Assembly (NCBI RefSeq): GCF_001447785.1 | Contig: NW_015162102.1 | Coordinates: 3,615-67,614 of the forward strand | From: Gekko japonicus | Taxonomy: Eukaryota | Length of the DNA stretch: 64,000 bases | Reading direction: 5' to 3' | The notes under the pieces: generated by a model | Databases searched by the model: none | What the model saw: only the letters and a program-made list of their open reading frames with translations | Told to the model about the DNA's origin: nothing | Shown here: positions 1 to 10,239 of the stretch, in pieces | How the letters are laid out: every line of letters begins with the position of its first letter | Numbering within the stretch: the first letter of the stretch is position 1 | Translations under genes and position numbers: made by a program

Positions 1-35
1 AGTGGGGAATCAAACCTGGTTCTCCCAGATTAGAG
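1..35 (-). mobile_element. Squam3-type tRNA-derived SINE fragment abutting the CR1 tail
   Basis: AGTGGGGAATCAAACCTGGTTCTCCCAGATTAGAG matches the full copies at 38751-39035 and 51818-52117. Confidence 0.8.
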
Positions 36-3000
36 AACATAAGAACATAAGAACATAAGAGATGCCAATGTTGGATCAGGCCAAAGGCCCATCCAGTCCA
101 ACACTCTGTATCCCACAGTGGCCAGAAATACCAGTGCCATCAGGAGGTCCACCAGTGGGGCCAGGACATTAGAAGCCCTCCCACTGTTGACCCCCCCCCA
201 AGCACCAAGATGACAGAGCATCACTTGCCCCAGAGTCCCTATCTATACCTTGTGGCTAATAGCCACTGATGGACCTCTGCTCCATATGCTTATCTAATTC
301 CCTTTTGAAGCCGTCCATGCTTGTAGCTGCCACCACTTCCTGTGGCAGTGAATTCCAAGTGTTAATCACTCTTTGGGTGAAGAAGTACTTCCTTTTATCC
401 GTTCTAACCCGACCGCTCAGCAATTTCATGGAGTGCCCACGGGTTCTTGTATTGTGAGAAAGGGAGAAAAGTACCTCTTTCTCTACCTGCTCTTTCCCAT
501 GCATAATCTTATAAACCTCAATCATGTCACCCCTCAGTCGTCGTTTCTCCAAGCTAAAGAGCCCTAAGCGCCTTAACCGTTCCTCATAGGGAAAGTGTTC
601 CAACCCTTTTATCATTCGAGTTGCTCTTTTCTGCACTTTTTCCAAAGCTATAATATCCTTTTTAAGGTGTGGTGACCAGAATTGCACACAGTATTCCAGA
701 TGAGGTCGCACCATTGATTTATATAGCGGCATTATGATATTGGCTGATCTGTTTACAATACCCTTCCTAATAATCCCCAGCATAGCATTGGCCTTCTTTA
801 TTGCAGTCACACACTGTCTCGACATTTTCAGTGAGTTATCTACTACAACTCCAAGATCTCTCTCTTGATCTGTCTCTGCCAGTTCAGACCCCATCAACGT
901 GTATTTATAGTTAGGATTTTTGGCTCCAATGTGCATCACCTTGCACTTGGCCACATTGAACCCCATTTGCCATGTTGACGCCCACTCGCCCATCTTTGAC
1001 AGATCCCTTTGGAGTGCCTCACAATCCTCACTGGTTTTCACCACCCTGAACAACTTCGTATCATCCGCAAATTTAGCCACTTCACTGCTTACTCCCAACT
1101 CCAAATCATTAATGAACAAGTTAAAAAGCAGTGGACCAAGTACTGATCCCTGTGGTACCCCACTGCTTACACCCCTCCACTGGGAGAACTGCCCATTTAT
1201 ACTCACTCTCTGTTTTCTATTAATTAGCCAGTTTTTGATCCATAAAAGGACTTGTCCTTTTATCCCATGATTTTTGAGCTTGCTTAGGAGCCTTTGATGA
1301 GGAACTTTATCAAAAGCTTTCTGGAAGTCAAGGTAAACAATATCTATTGGATCCCCCTTGTCCACATGTTTGTTCACCCCCTCAAAGAACATTAACAGGT
1401 TAGTGAGACAAGATCTTCCCTTACAGAACCCATGTTGAGTCTGCCTCAATAGGTTTTGTTCATCTATGTGCCTACTAATTCTTTCCTTAATAATGGTTTC
1501 CACCAATTTACCCGGTATCGACGTCAGACTGACAGGCCTGTAATTTCCCGGATCTCCTCTGGAACCCTTTTTAAAGATGGGAGTGACATTAGCTACCTTC
1601 CAGTCCTCAGGAATGGAGGCTGATTTTAAGGAGAGATTACATATTTTTGTCAGGAGATCCACAAGTTCACAATTGAGTTCTTTCAGAACTCTCGGATGTA
1701 TGCCATCTGGGCCTGGTGATTTATCAGTTTTTAAGTTGTCTATCAGTTTTAGGACCTCCTCTCTCGTCACCTCAATCTGACTCAGGTCTTTCAACACCCC
1801 TCCCGAACTCAGCGGCTCTGGAGTGGGCAAGCACCTCTCATCTTCCACAGTGAAGACGGAGGCAAAAAATGCATTTAGCTTCTCAGCCATTTCCCTATCA
1901 TCCTTCAGTACTCCTTTTACCCCTTGGTCATCCAAGGGCCCCACTGCCTCCCTGGCTGGTTTCCTGTTTCTAATGTATTTGAAGAAAGTTTTATTGTTGG
2001 TCTTTACATTTTTTGCTATATGCTCCTCATATTCCCTTTTTGCATGCCTGACCACAGACTTGCATTTTATTTGCCATAGCCTGTGTTCTGTTTTATCAGC
2101 CTCACTGTGACTAGCTTTCCACCGCTTAAAGGAATCCTTTTTACCTTTTACAGCTTCCATTACTTTGTTTGTTAACCATGTAGGCTTTTTCTTATACCTG
2201 TTTGTGCCTTTCCTAACCTGCGGAATATATTTTATTTGAGCTTCTAGAATTGTAGTTTTAAACAGTTTCCAAGCTTCCCCAATGGTTTTGACCCTTTCTA
2301 CTTTTCCCTTCAGTTTCCTCCCCACATGTCCCCTCATATCAGAAAAATTACCCCTTTTAAAGTTAAAAGTGGTTGTGTGAGTCTTTTTGGCCAATTCCCT
2401 ATTTGTACAAATGTTGAACTCAACAACATTATGATCACTGTTTCCAAGTGGTGCAATCACTTTTACATCTCTCACCAGGTCTTGAGTGTTACTTAGGACC
2501 AAATCAAGGATCGCCTCTCCCCTGGTAGGTTCCGTGACCATCTGCTCCATAGCACAGTCATTTAGAGTGTCTAGAAACTCAATCTCTTTCTCTCGACTAG
2601 AACACATATTGACCCAATCAATGTGTGGGTAGTTCAAATCACCTATTACGACACAGTGTTTTTGTCTAGCTGCTATCTTTAATTCATTCATCATTTTATA
2701 ATCCTCCTCTATCTTTTGATCTGGTGGGCGATAACAAACTCCCAGTGTTAAGTTTCCTTTTGGCCCCCCTATTTCAAACCATAGAATTTCCAGAAGTGAA
2801 TCCAATTCTCTTAGCCTCTCAATCTTTTTGGACTTTATACCCTCTTTGACATACAGAGCCACCCCACCTCCAACCCTTCCCCCCCTATCCTTCCGATATA
2901 ATATATAACCGGGAATCACCGTATCCCACTGATTTTCCTCACCCCACCAAGTTTCTGAAACACCAAGCACTCCAACTCCCCGATTTTATCTCGGACACTT

Positions 3001-3255
3001 CTAGCATTTGTATAGAAACGGCTATAATTTCCCATATAAGTTAAGCTTGCAGCCTTCCTCTTGCTACCTCAAGACCTTGTCAGGCAGTCCATGTCACTAG
3101 CCATGGTCTCAGTGGACAATTTCAATCCACCTCCCTGTAGAAAAAACAGGTACCCCCTCATCTCTCCGAGATGAGCCAACCCGAACCAGAGACATTTCGT
3201 CTCCTGTCGGCTTTCCTCCTGGCGGCCTGGGATGGGAGATGAACTAGAAAGGTGT
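36..3255 (-). mobile_element. CR1 LINE, 5'-truncated, young
   Basis: 8-bp microsatellite tail (AACATAAG)n on + at 36-60, 3' UTR, ORF2 with endonuclease and RT. The 5' boundary is approximate. Confidence 0.93.
256..2970 (-). CDS. CR1 ORF2: apurinic-like endonuclease + reverse transcriptase (904 aa open; N-terminus frameshifted)
   Basis: Motifs SETWW, GGGVALY, YRPP, GDLNYP, SDH, KSPGPDG, YRPVSLTS, YLDFQKAFD, GVPQGSVLGP, FADD, and a CR1 C-terminus LFSLEKRRLRGD. The true N-terminus (YTNARSVRDKIGELECLV) is in another frame at about 2961-3030. Confidence 0.95.
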   Translation of the reverse strand: MLGVSETWWGEENQWDTVIPGYILYRKDRGGRVGGGVALYVKEGIKSKKIERLRELDSLLEILWFEIGGPKGNLTLGVCYRPPDQKIEEDYKMMNELKIAARQKHCVVIGDLNYPHIDWVNMCSSREKEIEFLDTLNDCAMEQMVTEPTRGEAILDLVLSNTQDLVRDVKVIAPLGNSDHNVVEFNICTNRELAKKTHTTTFNFKRGNFSDMRGHVGRKLKGKVERVKTIGEAWKLFKTTILEAQIKYIPQVRKGTNRYKKKPTWLTNKVMEAVKGKKDSFKRWKASHSEADKTEHRLWQIKCKSVVRHAKREYEEHIAKNVKTNNKTFFKYIRNRKPAREAVGPLDDQGVKGVLKDDREMAEKLNAFFASVFTVEDERCLPTPEPLSSGGVLKDLSQIEVTREEVLKLIDNLKTDKSPGPDGIHPRVLKELNCELVDLLTKICNLSLKSASIPEDWKVANVTPIFKKGSRGDPGNYRPVSLTSIPGKLVETIIKERISRHIDEQNLLRQTQHGFCKGRSCLTNLLMFFEGVNKHVDKGDPIDIVYLDFQKAFDKVPHQRLLSKLKNHGIKGQVLLWIKNWLINRKQRVSINGQFSQWRGVSSGVPQGSVLGPLLFNLFINDLELGVSSEVAKFADDTKLFRVVKTSEDCEALQRDLSKMGEWASTWQMGFNVAKCKVMHIGAKNPNYKYTLMGSELAETDQERDLGVVVDNSLKMSRQCVTAIKKANAMLGIIRKGIVNRSANIIMPLYKSMVRPHLEYCVQFWSPHLKKDIIALEKVQKRATRMIKGLEHFPYEERLRRLGLFSLEKRRLRGDMIEVYKIMHGKEQVEKEVLFSLSHNTRTRGHSMKLLSGRVRTDKRKYFFTQRVINTWNSLPQEVVAATSMDGFKRELDKHMEQRSISGY

Positions 3256-4210
3256 TCTCTGGAATTCCACATGGCCACTTGCAAATTGGCCCTGGCTTCA
3301 TGCCCAGCGATGGTGGGTTGGCAACCAGTTTCATCACCATCGGCTGGCCTAGGGCTGCCTCTAGGGCTCTCCTTGGTGACCATATGCTCCAATTACGAGG
3401 AAGCGGAATGAGGTCTTGCATCTGTGATTTTGTGCTTGGATCAAAAGGATTGCTGAGTGCTTGCTGTTTCGCTGACCCCTGTGCTTGCGTGCATCAGCTG
3501 ATTGGAGCAGAGCCAGCTAGCCCTTTAAATTGAGCAAGGTTGTTGGTGGCTCTCACCCGAGACCAATGCACTCCTTTAAGCTCTGTTCAGGAATTGTTGC
3601 CAAGCTGATTCAACAGGATTACAGTGTCTGGGTTTGCAGCCTGGGAGCATTCCAGTAACTTTTACTTTTGTGGGCTTCATTTATTTACTCATGCCACATA
3701 GGCACTGCCACGGTGGCTTCTGAAGCTGGGCTTTCACCAGATAGAATTAGGGCAATTGGTCGCTGGTGCTCTTCAGCGTATTGTACTTACATACGCTCTC
3801 AGTCCAAGTAAAGACAATTTATTTTTGATTCTAGTCCCTGCAGGTGTGTTCAAGACAGTTTGGATTATAGGGCACAGCATCATCTATTGGGCAGAGAAAT
3901 ATGCATCTTCATCTGTCTGGGGGAGATCACTGTGGCTCAACAATCAACTTCAAATTTACTGTGGGCCTCCCTACTAGATACCATCTCCACTCAAGTTTTC
4001 TACCATGGCCTCCAGATGCTTTCATCATACAGCTGGGAGAAAATGACTTACCTGCTGAGAAAGGTGCGATGCTGCTACATTCCATCTAATCAGACCTTCA
4101 GATCCTTGAGTCTCATCTACCAGACACAAAATCATTCTGGTCAATCAATCAATCAATCAATCAATCAATTTTATTATTATGGTTCATGACCAACACATAT
4201 CAATTTAAAT

Positions 4211-4622
4211 CAGGGGTCATTTTGTAGAAACAAGAGGTACACGAGCTCATTAGCATAACTCATTAGCATAACTTATTTGCATATTCCACACACCCTGACA
4301 TCACCGGAAGTGTGTCAGAAGGCAACATCCACTGTGCAGGCTCCACTGGACTGTTCTGGATTGCTAGCTATTGGGGGGGGGGGAAACGTGCAGATCTGTC
4401 CTCGCAGAGGAGGGAGAGCTTGAATAAAACCTGGTTTTAAAGGTGCCACTGGACTGTTTTGGACTGGGGGGGCAGGGAAGGCTCTGCAAATTACCTGGCT
4501 GTTTCTTGCTCTGACTGAGGGCTGCTGGGAGCAGGGGGTGGGGCTTGTTGCATGTGCCCATCCCCTGGCCTCTTTACTGCCGGAGCTCCGCTCCTGTGCA
4601 CTCCCGCAAGAAATGATCCCTG
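4211..4622 (+). mobile_element. hAT MITE (CAGGGGTCATTT TIR family), copy 1
   Basis: TIRs CAGGGGTCATTT / AAATGATCCCTG and 8-bp TSD ATTTAAAT on both sides. Confidence 0.9.
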
Positions 4623-7384
4623 ATTTAAATGAATTATACCAGTATCATAAAGGTTTTAAGAAATAAACAGTAGTAAAATTTACAGAAATGAATAAAAATG
4701 TTATACATTTAAAAACAAAAAATCAGAATTGATGCATGAAACTACATGGGGAACACTTATTTCATGCATCAAATGCCTTTTGTAAATCATTCCTTGAAAT
4801 TTCTAAAGGCTGCAGCAAAGCATCTGGTGCAAGCAAATGTCAACTGAGGAATTACATCAGATAAAAACTTTTTAGTAATTTCTAATGCGGGCCATGCAGG
4901 AAACCTCCCAAGCAAAGTTTGTAAGAGCTTCACATGAACTTTCTGATAAAAACAGCAGTGAAGCAGAATATGCTCGATTGCCTCAACCTTGCCTGCTCTG
5001 CAAGGGCAGACCCTCTCTTCCATTGGAATCTTTTTGTAATGTCCCTCGACAACTACAGAGGGGAAGATATTCCACCTGGCCATGGAGAAAGCCCTGCAAT
5101 GGGATGGAATCTCTAAGAAATAGGATGCTGGGGTTAAAACATATCTCATTTTCATAGGGGTCAAGAAATTTGAAACTCTGTCAATATCTCTCTGCTGTTT
5201 GGTATTCAAAGTCCTTTGTTTAACGAGGGCCCTTGCTTGCTCACAGGACACTGTTAGAAGAAACTCAGGGGGAAAGTCGAGCAAATTCAGCTTCTGATAG
5301 ACTGCTTTAAGCCAGGTAGAACAGAAGCCATCCCTAAGAATTAACAATGTAATATCAGAACAGGGATGGTTTATCTTAAGCCAAATATTTATAGAAGTGA
5401 GGCTGACCTTGGCCTCTCATCTTATCAGGCCAGATTCTAGAAACAGGCTAGCATTGGAGACACAACTAGGGAATCAGAATATTGCTCTTAAAAATTTGAT
5501 TGTGTTTTCTCTAGTGGAATGAAACTTGAAGAAGGTGGACCTAGCATAGTTCCATACAAAAATTGGGAGACCATTTTAGACTGAGGGCTGTTGGTATATA
5601 CTGCCCACCTTTAGTTAAAAAAAAAATCTTTAAATGCCCTGTGCAGATTTTTGTCCAATATAGACAACATACTTATGGTGAGCTTTCCTCGCCCTTGAGA
5701 ACTGGATTACCACCCCCAGATATTTGAAGCTCAATACCTGCTGTAAACTGTGGCCATTAATACTCCATGACCTGACTTTAAGTCTCTCACCAAAAGCCAT
5801 AACTTTAGTCTTTTGGTAATTGACTTCCAGTTAGTCAGGCAGGCAGGCATTTATTATGGCAAGAAGCCATAGAACACACATGGACCTTCAGTTGGTTGTT
5901 GCAGTAATGGCTAAACTCCTTCAGTGCCCATCTAAGGCCCACAGGGGTCCTTGATAACAAAACTGTATCATCTGCATAGAGTAAGGCAGATATCTTCCAA
6001 TCAGCTAGAGTAGGAGGATGGGTATCAGCCCTGCCAAGGCTGCCAATCATATCATTGCCGTAGAAAGTGAATAATAGGGTTAGTTAGGAGCCCATTTTTA
6101 TCACACCTGATTCTAAATGATGTATTGGTATGCAATGCTTGAATCAGATATAGGAGTCTCTTATCTATTGATGAAGCTCCTAATTTTTCCATAGTCTATC
6201 CCTAGGTATAGAATCGAAGGCGGTTTTTAAATCGATACAAGGCTGAATACAGCGAAACGGCGCTATTGGAGGCATATTTATGTATGAGATGAGACAGGAT
6301 CAGATTGTGCCCCATGGTGGATCACCCATCCCTAAAGCCTGCCTGTTCGTTCACTAAAAGATTCTCCTGGTCTAACCAGCTCTTGAATTTCCCAAGGAGA
6401 TAACTAGCGTAGAGCTCGCCAGTTATACTTAGCAAACTGATTGGTCTAGACTTCCGGTTTGGGCGGTGGCTGTTACGGATGGAGAAGGTAAAGGCTCTGA
6501 GGTTTTCAAGGATTTTAAGGTTTTTATGACAATTTTTAATTTGTGTTTTGTCTTGTTGAAGAGCCAACCTGTGCACAGCCGGACAGCTGCGAACCAGAGG
6601 CATATTTATCTATTAGATGGACAGGATCGGATTGTGCCCCATGGTGGATCGCCCTTCCCTAAAGCCCGCCTGTTCGTCCACTAAACGATTCTCCTGTTCT
6701 AACCAACGCTTGAATCTCTCAAGGAGATGACTAGCATAGAGCTTGCCAATTATACTTAGCAAACTGATCAGTCTATATTTTGCCGGAGCATCTCTCCTCC
6801 TGGTCGTAAAAAATGGAATTATGATCGTCTTCTTCCAATCATCGGGGATTCCCCTAGTCAAGTCAACATAGGTGAAAAGGGAGGCCAGCGGAGAGGCCCA
6901 CCAGTTGATGTTCTCCTGTAATAATTCTGGTGGGATATTATCTGTGCCAGGAGCTTTGCCTCTCTTGAGTTGGCCAATGAGGGACTTGATTTCCTTTATA
7001 GTAACAGGGGACCAGTTTTTGGAGATAAGATGGTTGCTGAGCCTCTGCATGTAGTTTCCAAAAATACACTTCCTGTTTATCAGGTAAGATTAAAGAGTCT
7101 ATAGGAGAAATATCCTTTTAAGTGTGTCTGGATATCAGTTTCCAAAAAAGCTCAGAATTTTTATCTTTGGTTGACTGGATTATTTGATTCCCTAACACCA
7201 TTATATCCTCTTGCTTCTTTGTTGCCACTGCTTGTTAAATAGGATTTCTTTAGATATAATAGATGGTGGGAGGTGCTCTGAATACCTATACCTGTGGCAG
7301 TCTTATATGTCTGATAAGCAGCTCTAAGCTCCTTTTTTGCTTTTTGGCAATCCTTATCAAACCATCACTTTGAGTAATTCTTAG

Positions 7385-8087
7385 TGTTGTGCTTCGGGTC
7401 CGCCCCCGGTTGGGAATAACCACTGGCCGTGGTGAGGGTAGGTCGGAAGAAGCGGGTGCCTCAGAACTGGAGAGACTGGTGTTGCTTCACACTCAGTCGT
7501 CTCCTCGGATAGAGCACCTCTTTACCCGTGGCTCTCTCTCTGTGCCTCACAAGTACTCTCCGACTTCCTCCCCGGCACCTTGTAGCTTCTTCCCTTTTAT
7601 ACTTCCCCACCTTGTGTCTCCTTATCCCACAGGCTATCTCTCCTGTCTATCACCTCGTGTGCCAATCCCCTAGTACTTCCCCTCTGGTGGTCCAACCCCC
7701 GTTATAGTCAGTGTTAGCTAAGGTGTGCCTACTTCCGGTTTGACAGCTGGGATCCACCATCCCCGTCCCGTCGTCTGGTGGCATGGCTGGGGTTATCCAG
7801 GGGACGTGCCTCCTCGAGCGAGCCCTTCCTCCCCCCTCTATGTGCCGAGCCATGGGGTTGGATCCAGACCGCTCTTTCCTGGGGGTTTTCACACCCCGCC
7901 ACTGACGCTGAGGGAGTGGTAAGCGCCCTGGGGATTCCCCGGGACCAGCCCCCTTTCCCTCCCTTCTGTCCGGCGAAGCCATTTCCTCGGCACCTGGGAA
8001 GCCCGGGGTCGGCCTGGAGATCGGCGCGAGCCATGCCAGTCCCGCCGCAGTGGCCGATAGGGCCGCGGAGGAGCCCGCGGCGGGACA
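7385..8087 (-). mobile_element. Solo LTR (probably Gypsy)
   Basis: TG...CA termini, 5-bp TSD CTTAG (7380-7384, 8088-8092), TATAAAAGGG on the minus strand at about 7592-7601, CpG-rich. Confidence 0.85.
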
Positions 8088-8734
8088 CTTAGAAATCTGT
8101 ACTTGTGTACTGGCATCACATTCTAGTAATGGTTTCAGGAGCCAAAGTATGTTGTCAAACGGGATCGAGGGATTCCAGTCCTGGGAGATGTCCATAATGG
8201 CTGATCTAAACTAATGCGCATCCTCATCCTCCAGAAGCGTCTTCAGTCTTAGCATCAGACAGTCCAACCATTTGGTGTGACACCGCAATTGTTGGGCTGG
8301 TAATATACATGGTCCCGGTGAAATATTATAATATATTCTGCTCAGAGCTTTTGGAACTTTGAGTATGGAGGGCTTCCATCGCACCAGATAAAGTGGATTT
8401 AGCCAGAAGGGAGGTCTGCAAGGCAGTAGGAAAGTTTGTCAACTCTTGTGGTGGGGGGGTTTGTCATATTATTAAACATTTCTTTCTGGCAAGTAGTGTT
8501 ATTCAGGGACAATGGTGTACACCTCTCAGAGCGGGGCATGGACACCTGGCTTTACAGCATCCATCATGGCCTGCTTTGTTGGCTACAGGTTTAGGAGCAT
8601 TGGTGGGAGCTGAGAGCCCCCCCCCGCTCTTGTGGTGAGTTGGGCATTGGGACGGGTCTGTTTTGTGGATGCTGGGCCTGTGTGTTCATCGTCTCTGGTT
8701 GGGGACACCCAATGGGGTCTTGGGGGTGGAGCTG

Positions 8735-8872
8735 TCATGTTCTTGACAGAACAGCTCTGAGAGAGCCACGACTGACCCAAGGTCACATCAGCAGCTGCAT
8801 GTGGAGGAGTGGGAACTCAAACCTGGTTCTCCCAAATTAGAGTCTGCGCTCCTAACTGCTACACCAAACTGG
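8735..8872 (-). mobile_element. Squam3-type SINE, 5' portion
   Basis: Minus strand CCAGTTTGGTGTAGCAGTTAGG...CCAGGTTTGAGTTCCCACTCCTCCAC with A/B boxes. Confidence 0.8.
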
Positions 8873-10239
8873 AGCAAAAGTTTAGTTAAAAAAATTATTA
8901 GGCTGACCTTCCAGGTTTTCAGAAGGAAGCTATTTACATTTTGGGGGGAAAATATGCTTTTCTTGTCGAACAGGTAGGAAGCAAAATAAATAAAATCAAT
9001 ACTTTAAAAAGGAGTTCATCCTTCCATTTCCAAGTTAGTTTTAAACAAGTTAGCCAGCTTTTAGGTTAGAAAGTCAGAATCAGGTTGTTGTTTTTTTAAA
9101 AAAAAATTCAATTGAAGCAAGGCTAAGTGTAGTTTTACATAACAAAAAGTTGGGTTGTGAGGGGCTGTCAAAAAGGCAGCTGCAGGTTGGTGCCGATGAG
9201 GAAAGAGTCAAAGGCAAAGCAGGTTAGACAGTCAGGTTACAGTGTAGTGCAGCTAGCTTACTTTGGTGAAGTAGTCAGGCTCCAGAAGCACAGAATGATT
9301 GGTAGGAAGGGAGTGCAGAGGGGCCCTTAGGGAACGGTTAAGCAGAAGAGTAGTGGGGTGGAGGGAAGGGGGCAGGCTGTGGCTTTCCCCCTCCCATTTG
9401 TGCAGATGTCTGCCTCTCGATGGTGTGATGAAGAGGCCTCCCAAGGCCATCATTGAGGCTGTGGCTGGAGCTCCACCCACAGAGGTGCCTGTAGATGTTG
9501 GCACTGTGCAGGGGTCTGCTGCTTAAGCTGCTTTTTCTTCAGCTGTTGTGACTTAACAACAGGAGAAGGAACAGCATGAGCTGTCTTTTGGATTGAACTT
9601 GGGGAACAGGAGTATTAAGCTCTCAAGTTCACCTAGGGACCCACAGGCTGCTGGAGGAGCTATAGGAGAAACTGGGTGCCTTTTCTCTGGTTTCCCCAGA
9701 GTCCAGAAGGCCTTCCGAGGCAGGAGGGGAGGCTGGAGGTGGCACAAGAAAAAGAGATGGAGGTGCACCCCAAGCTGCTGCTAGTTTGACCCCTTCTCCT
9801 TTGGCCATCTCATCCTGCCCCTCCCCAGACACAGTGCATCTGCCCCAGGTGGTCCTTCTTCAGGAGGACAGACGGATTGGTGGGGTGGCCATGCAGCTGC
9901 CAGCCAGCCAAGAGGGGAGCAATTCTGCAAACACCTCTGGTGCTCTACCCTTCAGGTCTCCTGTAACGAGGGACACCAAGCACTTCCAATTGAGATATTT
10001 GGTGAGGTTGGTACTAGATGCCAAGGGGTGGGTAGCCGCAGGTAGAGAATCGAATCACTTACCTCATTGGTGAGAGGATCTCTCTGGATGGGCAGTCCTT
10101 TTCTATTGTAGAGGGTTCTGCAGGGTGCTCCAAGATACTTATACCTGCCTGTATGTTCCATGCTTATACCATGCTGAACAAGACCGTAGTGCCCTCCTTG
10201 GGTAGGGCTGTCAGGAAGGATCTTGGCATTTTTACAAGC

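Larger units (their letters stand above)
4144..8334 (-). mobile_element. RTE-X-like LINE, degraded, 5'-truncated
   Basis: (TCAA)n tail at 4141-4168. C-terminal zinc finger ERVCPC..VEAIEHILLHC (4787-5347), LLYADDTVLL (about 5960-5990), KAPGTDNIP and EQAGFREG. Near-perfect TSD ATTCTGGTCA 4134-4143 / ATTCTGCTCA 8335-8344. Confidence 0.8.
3683..8735 (+). mobile_element. Ngaro/DIRS-type tyrosine-recombinase retrotransposon relic (YR C-terminus + SGNH hydrolase ORF), split by an RTE-X insertion
   Basis: 3683-3811 reads IYSCHIGTATVASEAGLSPDRIRAIGRWCSSAYCTYIR* (YR motif). 3858-3905 reads VWIIGHSIIYWAEKYA and about 4030-4050 reads QLGENDL. After the insertion, 8340-8594 reads DKVDLARR...FRDNGVHLSERGMDTWLY...WLQV*. 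Confidence 0.8.

Noticed and set aside
1-60. CR1 inserted into a Squam3 SINE with a TSD
   Set aside because: The missing SINE 5' part does not reappear at the CR1 5' end (about 3255), so a simple nested insertion is unsupported.
7389-8195. Overlapping 65-181 aa ORFs (also 14526-15244, 27953-28801, 45347-45959)
   Set aside because: Chance ORFs in GC-rich LTR/MITE sequence with no protein motifs.
9250-10210. GC-rich, coding-looking stretch with weak resemblance to a LINE ORF1 zinc finger and a GAG|GTAAGT donor on the minus strand
   Set aside because: No motif convincing enough in any frame and no clear acceptor. Left unassigned.
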